Of a stretch of 47,192 bases of DNA, positions 1-10,482 are shown in pieces (the first letter of the stretch is position 1; every line of letters begins with the position of its first letter). The position numbers and the translations under genes are program-made. Source of the stretch: Octopus bimaculoides (Eukaryota); NCBI RefSeq assembly GCF_001194135.2, contig NC_068982.1, forward strand, positions 173,864,452-173,911,643, read 5' to 3'. The notes beneath the pieces are model-generated. The model was given only the letters and a program-made list of their open reading frames with translations. It was not told the origin of the DNA and ran no database searches.

Positions 1-404
1 TATATATATATATATTATAATATATACATACGTACACACACACATATATATATATATATACGTAAATTTTATAACAATAACTAGATTCTTTTATTGCGTT
101 TACGACGACAAAGAACAAAGAAATAAAATATACAGCAACCAATGTGAGGTGTCTGTGTTTGGATAAAGAGACTGCTGAAGAGATAGGGGAGAAGGAGTGA
201 AAGCGATAAACAGAGTGGATGCTCTATCGATTTTAAAGATGACATTTCCAGTTCGATCAGTTAGCTTAGATGAACTACTTGCTCGGTGAATGAGTTATTT
301 AAGTGATTGACTACTCCAAAGATTGTTCGCAAAAATGATTGTTTTCACTGTAAACATTAATTACAGATGATTACCTAACATTGGGAAATATAAGCCCACG
401 ACAG

Positions 405-480
405 GAAAAAATTGCTTTTAGTACACGTGGGAATCGAACCAACACCTCTTATATCGTCAATAAGCGTGCTACCGATAACA
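405..480 (-). mobile_element. tRNA-derived fragment (SINE head or tRNA pseudogene) ending in a T-run
   Basis: Minus strand reads ...TCGGTAGCACG-CTTAT-TGACGAT-ATAAG-AGGTGTT-GGTTCGATTCCCAC...AATTTTTT. This gives a D-loop-like segment, a 5-bp stem with a 7-nt loop, a B-box/T-loop GGTTCGATTCC and a Pol III-type T-run. No complete acceptor stem is visible. Confidence 0.45.
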
Positions 481-524
481 AAAATATACACAACCATATT
501 TACCCATAGAATTTAGGAATCATG

Positions 525-733
525 AAGGCGGTGAGCTAGCAGAAACGTTAGCACACCGGGCGAAATGCTTAACGATATTTCGTCTGTCTTTACGTTGTGT
601 GTTCAATTTCTGCCGAGGTCGACTTTACTTTTCGACGTCGATAAATTAAGTACTAGTTGCGTACTGAGGTCGATCTAATCGACTGGTTCCCTCTCCGAAA
701 ATTTTGGGTTTTGTGCCTAGAGTAGAAACGAAT
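525..733 (+). mobile_element. tRNA-derived SINE, family A (main family in the window)
   Basis: Head AAGGCGGTGAGCTAGCAGAAACGTTAGCAC, B-box-like GTTCAATTTC, central GAGGTCGACTTT...GTCGATAAATTAAGTAC, tail TTGTGCCTAGAGTAGAAA. An 11-bp direct repeat GAATTTAGGAA at 509-519 and 730-740 is a candidate TSD. Confidence 0.9.
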
Positions 734-871
734 TTAGGAAGCGTAGTTTCATAGTGGTGTGTAAACATATACGTGTTCTACATACGTTAAGAATTAGAGA
801 CGAGGGATAAATTTTCAAAAATATAATTATAAGTTTTCGCCATAAACCTTGACTATACAAAATAGTCTAAT

Positions 872-1090
872 ATTCTTTTCTACTCTAGGAATAAGGCCCA
901 AAATTTTGGGGGAGGGGCCCAGTCGATTAGATCGACCCCCAGTACGCAACTGGTACTTAATTTATCGACCCCGAAAGAATGAAAGGCAAAGTCCACCTAG
1001 GCAGAATTCGAACTCAGAACGTAAAGATAGACGAAATACCGCTAAGCATTTCACCCGGCGTGCTAACGTTTCTGCCAGCTCGCCGCCTTA
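872..1090 (-). mobile_element. SINE family A, full length
   Basis: Reverse complement matches the 525-733 copy along its whole length and includes the central GAGGTCGACTTTGCCTTTCATTCTTTCGGGGTCGATAAATTAAGTACCAG-type block. Confidence 0.9.
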
Positions 1091-1248
1091 AAAATATTTT
1101 AATATTGAGGCATATCAACTCACGACGGAAGAAAATTGGTATTAGTACACGTGGGAATCGAATTAATATAAAAATGAAAGTGACTAATTTTTGCATTTGG
1201 ATTACCGGTGAATTCCAGTATGTTGACTTTCTCTGGCAACACCTTTGA

Positions 1249-1470
1249 AAAATCAGAGTGAAAGAAGATAACCTCCAGCATTTATATTCTGGAAATATAT
1301 TCACATTTATACCTATAATAATCGGTGCACATGTTTTTGTGAGTAAACGCCCAAGTGACAATCTGGATTGGGTTGTGTTTTCGGGAAAAGAAATCAACCA
1401 ACTCGCACGTTACAAATAGAATCTGTAAGTGGAATAGTAAAACTGCACAAGACTTTTCTCAAGTCTAAAA
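1249..1470 (+). pseudogene. Old relic of the C-terminus of an RLE-type non-LTR retrotransposon ORF
   Basis: Translates KIRVKEDNLQHLYSGNIFTFIPIIIGAHVFVSKRPSDNLDWVVFSGKEINQLAR, then after a frameshift LQIESVSGIVKLHKTFLKSK. This resembles the 'NLQ.LY...F..IPII.GALG...LQ..S.SGT.K..KTFLK' ends of R4/NeSL-type ORFs. Confidence 0.55.
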
Positions 1471-2179
1471 TGTTAAATTGTTTTCGTTATCTGCATTCCA
1501 TCGAGGGAGCTTTGAATGTTTGTTAGAAACCGGCTCCAGTCTCCGCGGAAGAATTTAAATAATCAAAAACAGAAGAGAGCATACATACATACATACATAC
1601 ATACATACATACAAGACTACGCCGTTGTCCTCTAAATTCCAAATAGCCTTGTCTCTAAGCAGCAAACTAATATTTCTCATTGGCTAGATAGTCGTACACA
1701 TATACTTATGTTATTAGAATTCATATATTTATTTATGAAGGCATATAAATGTGTGTGTAGACAATTATGCATATATATTTCTAGCTAGAAACGGATTCTA
1801 GCTGACTGTCATTTCTTCCAGACAAAGATGTAACCAATATCAACTGTCAATTTATCAATTATTTTCTTCACTTAGATAAATCTTCATTGGTGTTGCTTAA
1901 TTTTCATGTCTACTTCTTTGTTTGATTATGTTTTTAACATCTGTATCTACTTGCAAATGTGTTGTGTACATACACACACACACACACACACACACACGCA
2001 TACATTTAGCAGTATAAACAAGGAAACAGTTCAGGATATATATTGTATAGTTTATTCAGAAGAAGCTGTTGATTCACTCCGTCGCTCCTCAGAGATTGTG
2101 GCTACAGACGATCGTTCACGCTGCAAAATAAAGAGGGAGACCAATTATTAGCTTTCGAAAAACACCAAATTCGTCAATA

Positions 2180-3620
2180 TTTTTTGGTCAAAAGTGGTCA
2201 GGAGAACTGCATCGTGTATTAGGAAGAGTGTTCGGTATTCGTTTATTATGTTGTTGGTAGAATATCTATGAAACAACAAGTGACGACAGTAGGGAAAGGG
2301 AATAGCAGCAGCTGGATGGCCTATCACAGCTGATATGGAAGGCTTCTTAAAAGAATTATGTTCCTAGCTGCTAAAAAATAAAATATCAAATTTCTTCATT
2401 AACGAACTGGGAAGTCGTGTCGGAATATGGAATTCCTCAAATAGGGACTCAGTATATCTCACTGTTACATTGGTATATGAAGATGTTCGTTCTCGACACC
2501 ATTGCCCGTTAATTTCTAGTCATGTTGAGAGAAAGAAAAAAATTATTATTTTGAGGAATTTAAAATATTGTGCAATCAATCCGGTTTTACTTTAACTTGT
2601 AGCTGTCCTTTGAAACATGCATTGAAATAGTAAAGCACTTTAATTTTCAACTGTCCTATAGTTGCAGGGCTCGTTGTTAGAGTTAGTGTGCTACTGAAAT
2701 TGTATTGTGAAAGCTGGAAAAGGATGTTATCGAAGCAAGCATATTAGTAACCTGAATATTATTAGTTAAATAACATCAGGTAGTTACGTATCGTTGGTAT
2801 GACAAATATTTACATAACAGGCTGTGTGATTTCTGACTATGCTGGTGATTACTTCCCTGCTGTGAGGTGGGTTGAACCAAATTCTGTTTTGCTACTTGGT
2901 TGTACTATTTTGTGGGAGATGTTCCTTATATATTTAATTCTCACTTAAGTGACTTTTTGATAGTGCCTTGTAATGAAAGTAGGCAATACCAATGAAAATA
3001 TCACTGTCACAGATCTATTCAGAATTCTCCTACACCATCTAAGATGTTCCTTGAGATACTTGAGAAATAGGTAGAATTTGTCTATATGCATATTCTACCC
3101 TCGTGAAATGTTAGTTGTCGAATTTAGTGTTATATCTAAAAATTGTCAATTTTTATGAGAGCTAATGGCGATTTTCAAATCTTATTCCAAATATATCGTT
3201 TAGTTATTTTCAAAAATATATGTTCTTTCGTGTTACATGAAACTGTTAAGCTATCTGTTTACAACCTATTGCTGTGGAAGATTGTTCGTTGGCTAAGAGT
3301 ATTTAAAATAGACTACTATTGAAATGTCAAATAGTTTATCGGTCTTCTTTTTGCTTCATTATAATCTATTATCAATGTTGCTAACAGTTGTGCATGTTAT
3401 CCCGAATTCCAAGAACTTTATCTTTCAAATTTCTAATTTGGAACATTTCGGAAATTGGTACTGTTTCTAACTTTGAGGTCATTAATTTCTTCACCTTTTT
3501 TTTTTTTTTTTTTTCTTAGTTTCAAAAAACTTCATATTGGATAGAGTCAATTCGAAAAGGCTAATACATCAAAATTGTACACAATTATAATTTCCTTTGT
3601 AAGGTGATCCTTTGTTTCCT
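2180..3620 (-). pseudogene. Highly degenerate Penelope-like element ORF relic (RT C-terminal half to endonuclease region)
   Basis: Minus-strand motifs occur in the expected PLE order: FDV..F..LYP (~3570-3540), FLDITLN (~3141-3122), SDIFIGIAYFHYKALSKS (~3010-2955), QNRIWFNPPHS (IWFNPP = 2865-2882), PCNYR (~2665). Many stops and frameshifts. Confidence 0.55.
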
Positions 3621-3981
3621 TCAATAAATAATATCTAGTTCTTTCATGTGGCAAATGTTCTTATTATTTTTAATATTGTTACTTCTGTTGTCTAACCCTA
3701 GTCAACTTTGATCGAGCAGTACTATGAACAAAGTCATCCTAGCAGTTAACTACATTGTCTAGAGTGTCATTCTTTTAAACAATACAGAATGTGATCGGAA
3801 AGAAGTTTGTTTCCAATAGCCAAGCGGTCAATGAGCGAGTACAAGGTCTTAACATTGCAGTTATTTTTGTTGATGTAGTTCTTGTTATTGAAGAACTACA
3901 TCAACTGCTGCTATCATTTTAAACTATTACCATTGTGTCCTCTATGGCAAGAAAAAGAAATGATGAAGACCCATTGGCTAT

Positions 3982-4083
3982 TTTCTACATTCCTTTTACT
4001 GGAAGATGTTTCTACGTTCCTTTTACTGGAAGATCTTTCTACATTCCTTTTAGATGTTTCTACATTTCTTTTACTGGAAGATG
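3982..4083. repeat. 27-bp minisatellite, about 3.8 copies
   Basis: Unit TTTCTACATTCCTTTTACTGGAAGATG at 3982-4008, 4009-4035, 4036-4056 (6-bp deletion) and 4057-4083. It explains the overlapping small ORFs here. Confidence 0.9.
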
Positions 4084-4320
4084 TTGCATTAATGCCATTC
4101 TTACTCTCTGTCAACACACTCATTTTTAAAACAAAGTTCGCGAACATTTGCCTTAGTTTACTATGAGGGTTATTATTTGTGCTAAATACTTAGTAATCTG
4201 CATTAACAAACCATTATGAAAACAAAAAAATACATCAAGTGCCATTATCAATATAATCATCAGCAAATTCCCTTTCAGTACGCATATAAGTATGTATATA
4301 TTTATGCATGTATATATGAC

Positions 4321-4321
4321 A

Positions 4322-4373
<52 letters not shown>

Positions 4374-5323
4374 NNNNNNNNNNNNNNNNNNNNNNNNNNN
4401 NNNNNNNNNNNNNNNNNNNNNNNNNNNNNNNNNNNNNNNNNNNNNNNNNNNNNNNNNNNNNNNNNNNNNNNNNNNNNNNNNNNNNNNNNNNNNNNNNNNN
4501 NNNNNNNNNNNNNNNNNNNNNNNNNNNNNNNNNNNNNNNNNNNNNNNNNNNNNNNNNNNNNNNNNNNNNNNNNNNNNNNNNNNNNNNNNNNNNNNNNNNN
4601 NNNNNNNNNNNNNNNNNNNNNNNNNNNNNNNNNNNNNNNNNNNNNNNNNNNNNNNNNNNNNNNNNNNNNNNNNNNNNNNNNNNNNNNNNNNNNNNNNNNN
4701 NNNNNNNNNNNNNNNNNNNNNNNNNNNNNNNNNNNNNNNNNNNNNNNNNNNNNNNNNNNNNNNNNNNNNNNNNNNNNNNNNNNNNNNNNNNNNNNNNNNN
4801 NNNNNNNNNNNNNNNNNNNNNNNNNNNNNNNNNNNNNNNNNNNNNNNNNNNNNNNNNNNNNNNNNNNNNNNNNNNNNNNNNNNNNNNNNNNNNNNNNNNN
4901 NNNNNNNNNNNNNNNNNNNNNNNNNNNNNNNNNNNNNNNNNNNNNNNNNNNNNNNNNNNNNNNNNNNNNNNNNNNNNNNNNNNNNNNNNNNNNNNNNNNN
5001 NNNNNNNNNNNNNNNNNNNNNNNNNNNNNNNNNNNNNNNNNNNNNNNNNNNNNNNNNNNNNNNNNNNNNNNNNNNNNNNNNNNNNNNNNNNNNNNNNNNN
5101 NNNNNNNNNNNNNNNNNNNNNNNNNNNNNNNNNNNNNNNNNNNNNNNNNNNNNNNNNNNNNNNNNNNNNNNNNNNNNNNNNNNNNNNNNNNNNNNNNNNN
5201 NNNNNNNNNNNNNNNNNNNNNNNNNNNNNNNNNNNNNNNNNNNNNNNNNNNNNNNNNNNNNNNNNNNNNNNNNNNNNNNNNNNNNNNNNNNNNNNNNNNN
5301 NNNNNNNNNNNNNNNNNNNNNNN

Positions 5324-5350
<27 letters not shown>
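4321..5350. repeat. (CA)n tract, assembly gap, (GA)n tract
   Basis: Directly visible; N run at 4374-5323. Confidence 0.9.
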
Positions 5351-5354
<4 letters not shown>

Positions 5355-5481
5355 TACATACATGCAGATATATACATATACATATATGTGTGTGTGTGCG
5401 CGCATTTATATTTTTCTGTTATAATGAAATTACACATGAAGTTTGTAAAATGTATATTGTGTAACTAATCATTCTAGATAA

Positions 5482-5700
5482 ATCCTTTTCTACTCTAGGC
5501 ACAAGGCCCTAAATTTTAGGGGAGGAGGGCCAGTCGATTAGGTCGACCCCAGTACGCAACTGGTACTCAATTTATCGACTGCAAAAGGATGAAAGGCAAA
5601 ATCGACCTCAGCGGAATTGGAACTCATAAAATAAAGACAGACGAAATGCCGCCAAGCATTTCGCCCGGCGTGCTAACGTTTCTGCTAGCTCGCCGCCTTA
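5482..5700 (-). mobile_element. SINE family A, full length
   Basis: Reverse complement of the family A head, central block and tail. Confidence 0.9.
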
Positions 5701-5903
5701 TCATTGTAGATATAACATTGCACTTACCTATCCCTTAATAAACAGATAAATACTGTAATAATTAATACGAAAACCTTTATATCACAAGTCGAAATTTTTA
5801 CACACTAACTAAAAATTCGGTTACATGAGGGTATACAGCTTGGCAAGAAAAAAATAAGATAAGAAAATAAAGGTCAAAAGTTGTAGCGTAATAGGTCTTT
5901 CAA

Positions 5904-6115
5904 AAGGCGGCGAGCTGGCAGAGACGTTAGCAGGCCGGACGAAATGCTTAGCGGTATTTCGTCTGTCGCTACGTTCTGAGTTCAAATTCCGACTAGGTCG
6001 ACTTTGCCTTTCATCCTTTCGGGGTCGATAAATTAAGTACCAGTTACGCACTGAGGTCGATGTAATCGACTTCATGTCCTTGTTTTCCCCTTGTGGGCAA
6101 TAAAAAATAAGAAAT
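5904..6115 (+). mobile_element. SINE family A with an alternative 3' tail
   Basis: Family A head and central block, but the tail is ...GTCGACTTCATGTCCTTGTTTTCCCCTTGTGGGCAATAAAAAATAAGAAAT rather than ...CCTTGTGCCTAGAGTAG. Confidence 0.88.
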
Positions 6116-6330
6116 GTTAGCACGCCGGGCGAAATACTTAGTGGTATTTCGTCTGTCTTACATTATGAGTTCAAATTCCGCCGAGGTCGACTTTGCCTAT
6201 CATTTTTCGGGGTCGAGAAATTAACTACCAGTTGCGTACTGGGGTCGATCTAATCGGCTGCTTCTCCCCAAAAAGTTTCGGACCTTGTGCCTAGAGTAGC
6301 AAAGAAGAAAATAAGAAAAGAAAAGAAAGG
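6110..6330 (+). mobile_element. SINE family A, slightly 5'-truncated, fused head-to-tail to the previous copy
   Basis: Starts at GAAATGTTAGCACGCCGGGCG and ends CCTTGTGCCTAGAGTAGC plus an (AAAAG)n-like tail. Confidence 0.88.
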
Positions 6331-6359
6331 CCAAATATATATATATATATATATATATA

Positions 6360-6872
6360 CTTTTATATGATGTGTTGTAAATTTATGGAAAGCAATCTCA
6401 TAAAACTCAACAATTTTGATAAAAATGAAGAGAAGGTATTAAATATATATAAGACAATTTTAATTCATGCAGACGATCGTTTCGTACACCGATATGACAA
6501 TCATGCAAATTCATGGTTGAATAGAATTAATTAGATTAATTAGATTAAATTAAATTAATTATATATCACTGTACTCTTCAGTGCAAGAAGTACAAACAAA
6601 ATTTTTTACAAAGTACTTGAGAAAGGAGAAAGCAGAATTTTCTTTATACTTCCTGCACTGAACAGTACAGTGATATATAATTAATTTAACTTAATCTAAT
6701 TAATCCAATTAATTCTATTCAACCATGAATTTGCATGATTTTTATATCGCTATACGAAACGATCGTCTGCATGAATTAAAATTCTTATATATTTTAACAC
6801 CTTCTCTTTTCCATTTTTATCAAAATTGTTTTGAGATTTCTTTCCATAAATTACCAACACACCATACACAAG
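6360..6872. mobile_element. Foldback/MITE-like palindromic element, TA-flanked
   Basis: Left arm 6360-6596 and right arm 6643-6872 are inverted repeats around a 46-bp spacer. By manual alignment the inner 138 nt (6459-6596) has 9 mismatches and no gaps. Ends read TA|CTT...AAG|TA. Confidence 0.75.
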
Positions 6873-7285
6873 TATTATTTTCATACTCACAAATTTACGC
6901 CAGTAAGCTACCAGCAAAATATGAAGAATCTATAAAAAAATTTTTGTTGGAAACCTCCAAATTAAAGGATGAATCTAATTCAACCTTTTTAGACACACAC
7001 ACACACACACACATACATATTTAATTGTTAAAGTACAAACGTTAAATCAAGGCAAACGTCTCAAATCATATACAATATTATTATTGGAAAAAAATTCAGT
7101 CTTCCAGCTGTTTCTGGGTTATCGTAGAGTATGGGATATTCCGTCATCGGGGACAAATTGGGAAAATAAGAAAAGTATAGATTAATGAAGTGACGACATA
7201 GAGGACAGGACTAAAGAAATAAGGTGATGGAGAAAGAGAAGCATAAATGTTCACAGTTCAACTTTCCAATCTTGTAGGAATAAGT

Positions 7286-7330
<45 letters not shown>

Positions 7331-7896
7331 NNNNNNNNNNNNNNNNNNNNNNNNNNNNNNNNNNNNNNNNNNNNNNNNNNNNNNNNNNNNNNNNNNNNNN
7401 NNNNNNNNNNNNNNNNNNNNNNNNNNNNNNNNNNNNNNNNNNNNNNNNNNNNNNNNNNNNNNNNNNNNNNNNNNNNNNNNNNNNNNNNNNNNNNNNNNNN
7501 NNNNNNNNNNNNNNNNNNNNNNNNNNNNNNNNNNNNNNNNNNNNNNNNNNNNNNNNNNNNNNNNNNNNNNNNNNNNNNNNNNNNNNNNNNNNNNNNNNNN
7601 NNNNNNNNNNNNNNNNNNNNNNNNNNNNNNNNNNNNNNNNNNNNNNNNNNNNNNNNNNNNNNNNNNNNNNNNNNNNNNNNNNNNNNNNNNNNNNNNNNNN
7701 NNNNNNNNNNNNNNNNNNNNNNNNNNNNNNNNNNNNNNNNNNNNNNNNNNNNNNNNNNNNNNNNNNNNNNNNNNNNNNNNNNNNNNNNNNNNNNNNNNNN
7801 NNNNNNNNNNNNNNNNNNNNNNNNNNNNNNNNNNNNNNNNNNNNNNNNNNNNNNNNNNNNNNNNNNNNNNNNNNNNNNNNNNNNNNNNNNNNNNNN

Positions 7897-7960
7897 AATC
7901 GCAGCACAGTCGACATTCTCTTTTATACATTCGGAATCGATAGAAAAAGTACCAATTGTT
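7897..7960 (+). mobile_element. Degenerate SINE family A central-domain fragment next to a gap
   Basis: AATCGCAGCACAGTCGACATTCTCTTTTATACATTCGGAATCGATAGAAAAAGTACCAATTG aligns to the family A central block. Confidence 0.5.
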
Positions 7961-9186
7961 GTAATTTAACTCCAGGTCAGCTTTGATCAAACAGTACTAA
8001 TAAAGTATAGGCATTTTTTAATCCTCACAAAAAGATGTCATTATCTGAGATCAATGCAAAAGTATAAGAAAAATAACTGCATTGTGTAGCTCTTTTATAG
8101 TTAAATTACCCCATCCCTTAAATATTTATAGAAAACTATATCTAAGTATTCCAATGCATTTGCCCGTGAAAATATAGATTTATTTGCTTATTTCACACCC
8201 GTATAAAAGAAATATTAGAATAGGAAGTATGATTGTTTAAGTGAGTAGAGAGGATATGTGTTGGGATTTATCATGGATCAGATGAGAAAAATAAAAGCTT
8301 AAAATGTTTTTGGTGATGAACCGTGAGACGAAGTAGAGAATAAAGTTCCGGGTGTTCCGGCTGTACACCATCATTAAACCCTCTGAAACAAAAATCTATA
8401 TTATACTTTTGACTGCTCTTGGTCAATTGTACACAATCTATCGAATACAATTACGAAAATTGGAAGCGACAAGTAGTTATCGTCGGCATTATTCAATTCC
8501 ATAACAGACGAAAGTGGAAATATGTTAATACGACATGAAAGGGGAAAAATATGTAGCGTTTCTACATTTCCCGTTTGATATATTTCTCTTTTCTGTTTAC
8601 GCTTTTTTTTTTTCTTTCTTTCTCCTGAAAAGAATAATCTTTAACATCATCACAAAGACACAAATGTCTTTTTCTTTTTCTTTTCTTTTTTTAAATTTTA
8701 TATTTCTATTTATTTATTTATTGGTGAGTGATGATGGTAATGGTGTAGAAGTGTGGTTGTAATCGATTAAGTTGATTCGATGTTGAGTTGGCGATAAATG
8801 CTCTGAAAACAGTAGTTAGAAGCAGTTTCACTTTATATGCACTATTAATGAGAGAGGAATGCATATCTCACACCCTCTTTCCCACTTAGCTTTCAGAGTG
8901 ACTTCGTGCCAAGTTAAAAAGAAACTAATATCATATTTTAAATTCTTCAGTAGATTATTTTGTCTTTTATGTTTCTAGAACCATTAAAATATTTTTCAGT
9001 AACGGAGCACATTCAATTCAACCAAATATGATTCCTTGTTAGTATATTTGCCTAAAAACTTATCAAACAAACTCAGGGCATTGGGTAATAGAAGCGGTAA
9101 AGCATTTGATAAAATGTTGGGTATGTCTAAAGGCATATGTGATCGTCTTTAGCGCATTTTTTTTACATAGTTTAGAGTATTAAGTT

Positions 9187-9357
9187 CATCGTCATCATCA
9201 TCATCTTCTTCATCCTCCTCCTCCTCCTCGCCTTCTTCTACTTTCTCCTCCTCCTCCTCCTCATCTTCTTCTTCCTCCTCCTCCTCCTCGTCATCTTCCG
9301 CCTCCTCCTCCTCCTCCTCCTCATCATCATCATCATCATGATCATCATCATCATCAT
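9187..9357. repeat. Compound trinucleotide microsatellite (TCA/TCC/TCT)n
   Basis: Directly visible; there is no flanking complex coding sequence. Confidence 0.9.
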
Positions 9358-9471
9358 TAACATTATAATCATGGATGGTAATGAGATGTGACCAGTATTA
9401 AATGGAAGATGGTAAAAGTGCGACGTACCATCTAAAAAGCACTGCGGTATATAATTAACGTTCTTTTAAAA

Positions 9472-9538
9472 TCTGAGTTCAACTCCTACCATGGTGGGAT
9501 TTGCCTTTCATTTCTTCTGCGTGCAACACAATAAGTAC
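9472..9538 (+). mobile_element. Degenerate SINE family A fragment
   Basis: TCTGAGTTCAAC...GATTTGCCTTTCAT...AATAAGTAC aligns to the B-box and central block. Confidence 0.5.
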
Positions 9539-9968
9539 ATGATAGAGATTATTTGTACACGTACCATAAACTTTCTAAGGCTGAAATAGTAATGTTAATA
9601 ATCAACTTCATAGTGAGCACAGTTCATCGATTTCCAATTGCTACATAAAGGGTTCCATATTTATAGAAGTCGGGTAACTAATTTTTTATCATTTTTAAAA
9701 AATTTCTGAATGAGATTCAACTGAGAAACGAAATCTCTTCATCGGTAGGACATAATTGGGAGTTTGCAACTCCACAATGGCTTCCCGTCATTATACAAAA
9801 CCTATTCCCACTCTTCTAAATTCGTGTCCGCAATGCTAATACAGTGTGGACAGAGAGAACAGACGTTTATGAAATGGCTATTACTATGCCCCAGGGAGAG
9901 GGACATATGTCCCACAGGTACCATTCGGTCCATGGTCTCTTAACACTTTTTTCTTTTTAAGTAAAGCC

Positions 9969-10303
9969 TTGGCGCTGTGGACGATAGAACATCACGTGTT
10001 TGCCTGCGGCAGTTACGTGAAGTATAACGAGTCTGTCACAGCAGTTCAGTGTGAGTCTCGGAGCCACTTCAACACTCACCGAAATCAGGCTGTTCCCACC
10101 CTTAATACAATCTTACGTTGGGTGAATGTACTTCGTGGGAGCGCCACGAACGGTACAGACTCCGGAAAATGTGGAACGCATCATACAAGTTTTTATACGG
10201 AGACCGAATTGCTCTGTTCGGATGCATTCCACTGAACTTGGCATCGGTAATCCTTCATTTCCATCCGTACAAATTGGTCATTGGGTAACAGTTGAAATTA
10301 AGT
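9969..10303 (+). pseudogene. 5' fragment of a Tc1/mariner-superfamily transposase with a DUF4817-like helix-turn-helix
   Basis: ORF 9969-10235 MALWTIEHHVFACGSYVKYNESVTAVQCESRSHFNTHRNQAVPTLNTILRWV resembles the DUF4817 HTH. A frameshifted continuation reads PRTVQTPENVERIIQVFIRRPNCSVRMHSTELGI and then LHFHPYKL. Confidence 0.7.
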
Positions 10304-10351
10304 GAAATTAAGAGTATAAAATGGCGACAATTTACCCGTCGCACCCTCTAT
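10304..10351 (-). mobile_element. Isolated terminal fragment of the maT-like family found at 41786-42676
   Basis: GAAATTAAGAGTATAAAATGGCGACAATTTACCCGTCGCA matches 42634-42673 (GAAATTAAAAATATAAAATGGCGACAATTTACCCATCGCA) and ends ...CACCCTC|TA. Confidence 0.65.
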
Positions 10352-10354
10352 ATG

Positions 10355-10412
<58 letters not shown>

Positions 10413-10482
10413 TAGACAGACAGACAGATAGATAGATATATACATACATACATACATACATACATACATACATACATACACA
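10355..10482. repeat. Compound tetranucleotide microsatellite (TAGA)n/(CAGA)n/(TACA)n
   Basis: Directly visible. Confidence 0.95.

Noticed and set aside
3982-4083. CRISPR-like array (also considered for 43482-43541)
   Set aside because: Units are contiguous with no unique spacers, the context is eukaryotic, and there are no cas genes.
4216-5464. Long ORFs spanning N-gaps (also near 7.2-8.0, 16.1-16.7, 21.0-22.3, 31.3-32.4, 39.3-39.7 and 40.3-40.8 kb)
   Set aside because: They are open only because Ns and dinucleotide repeats contain no stop codons.
9187-9357. Poly-Asp/Glu reading frame on the minus strand
   Set aside because: Pure trinucleotide microsatellite with no start, splice signals or complex coding flank.
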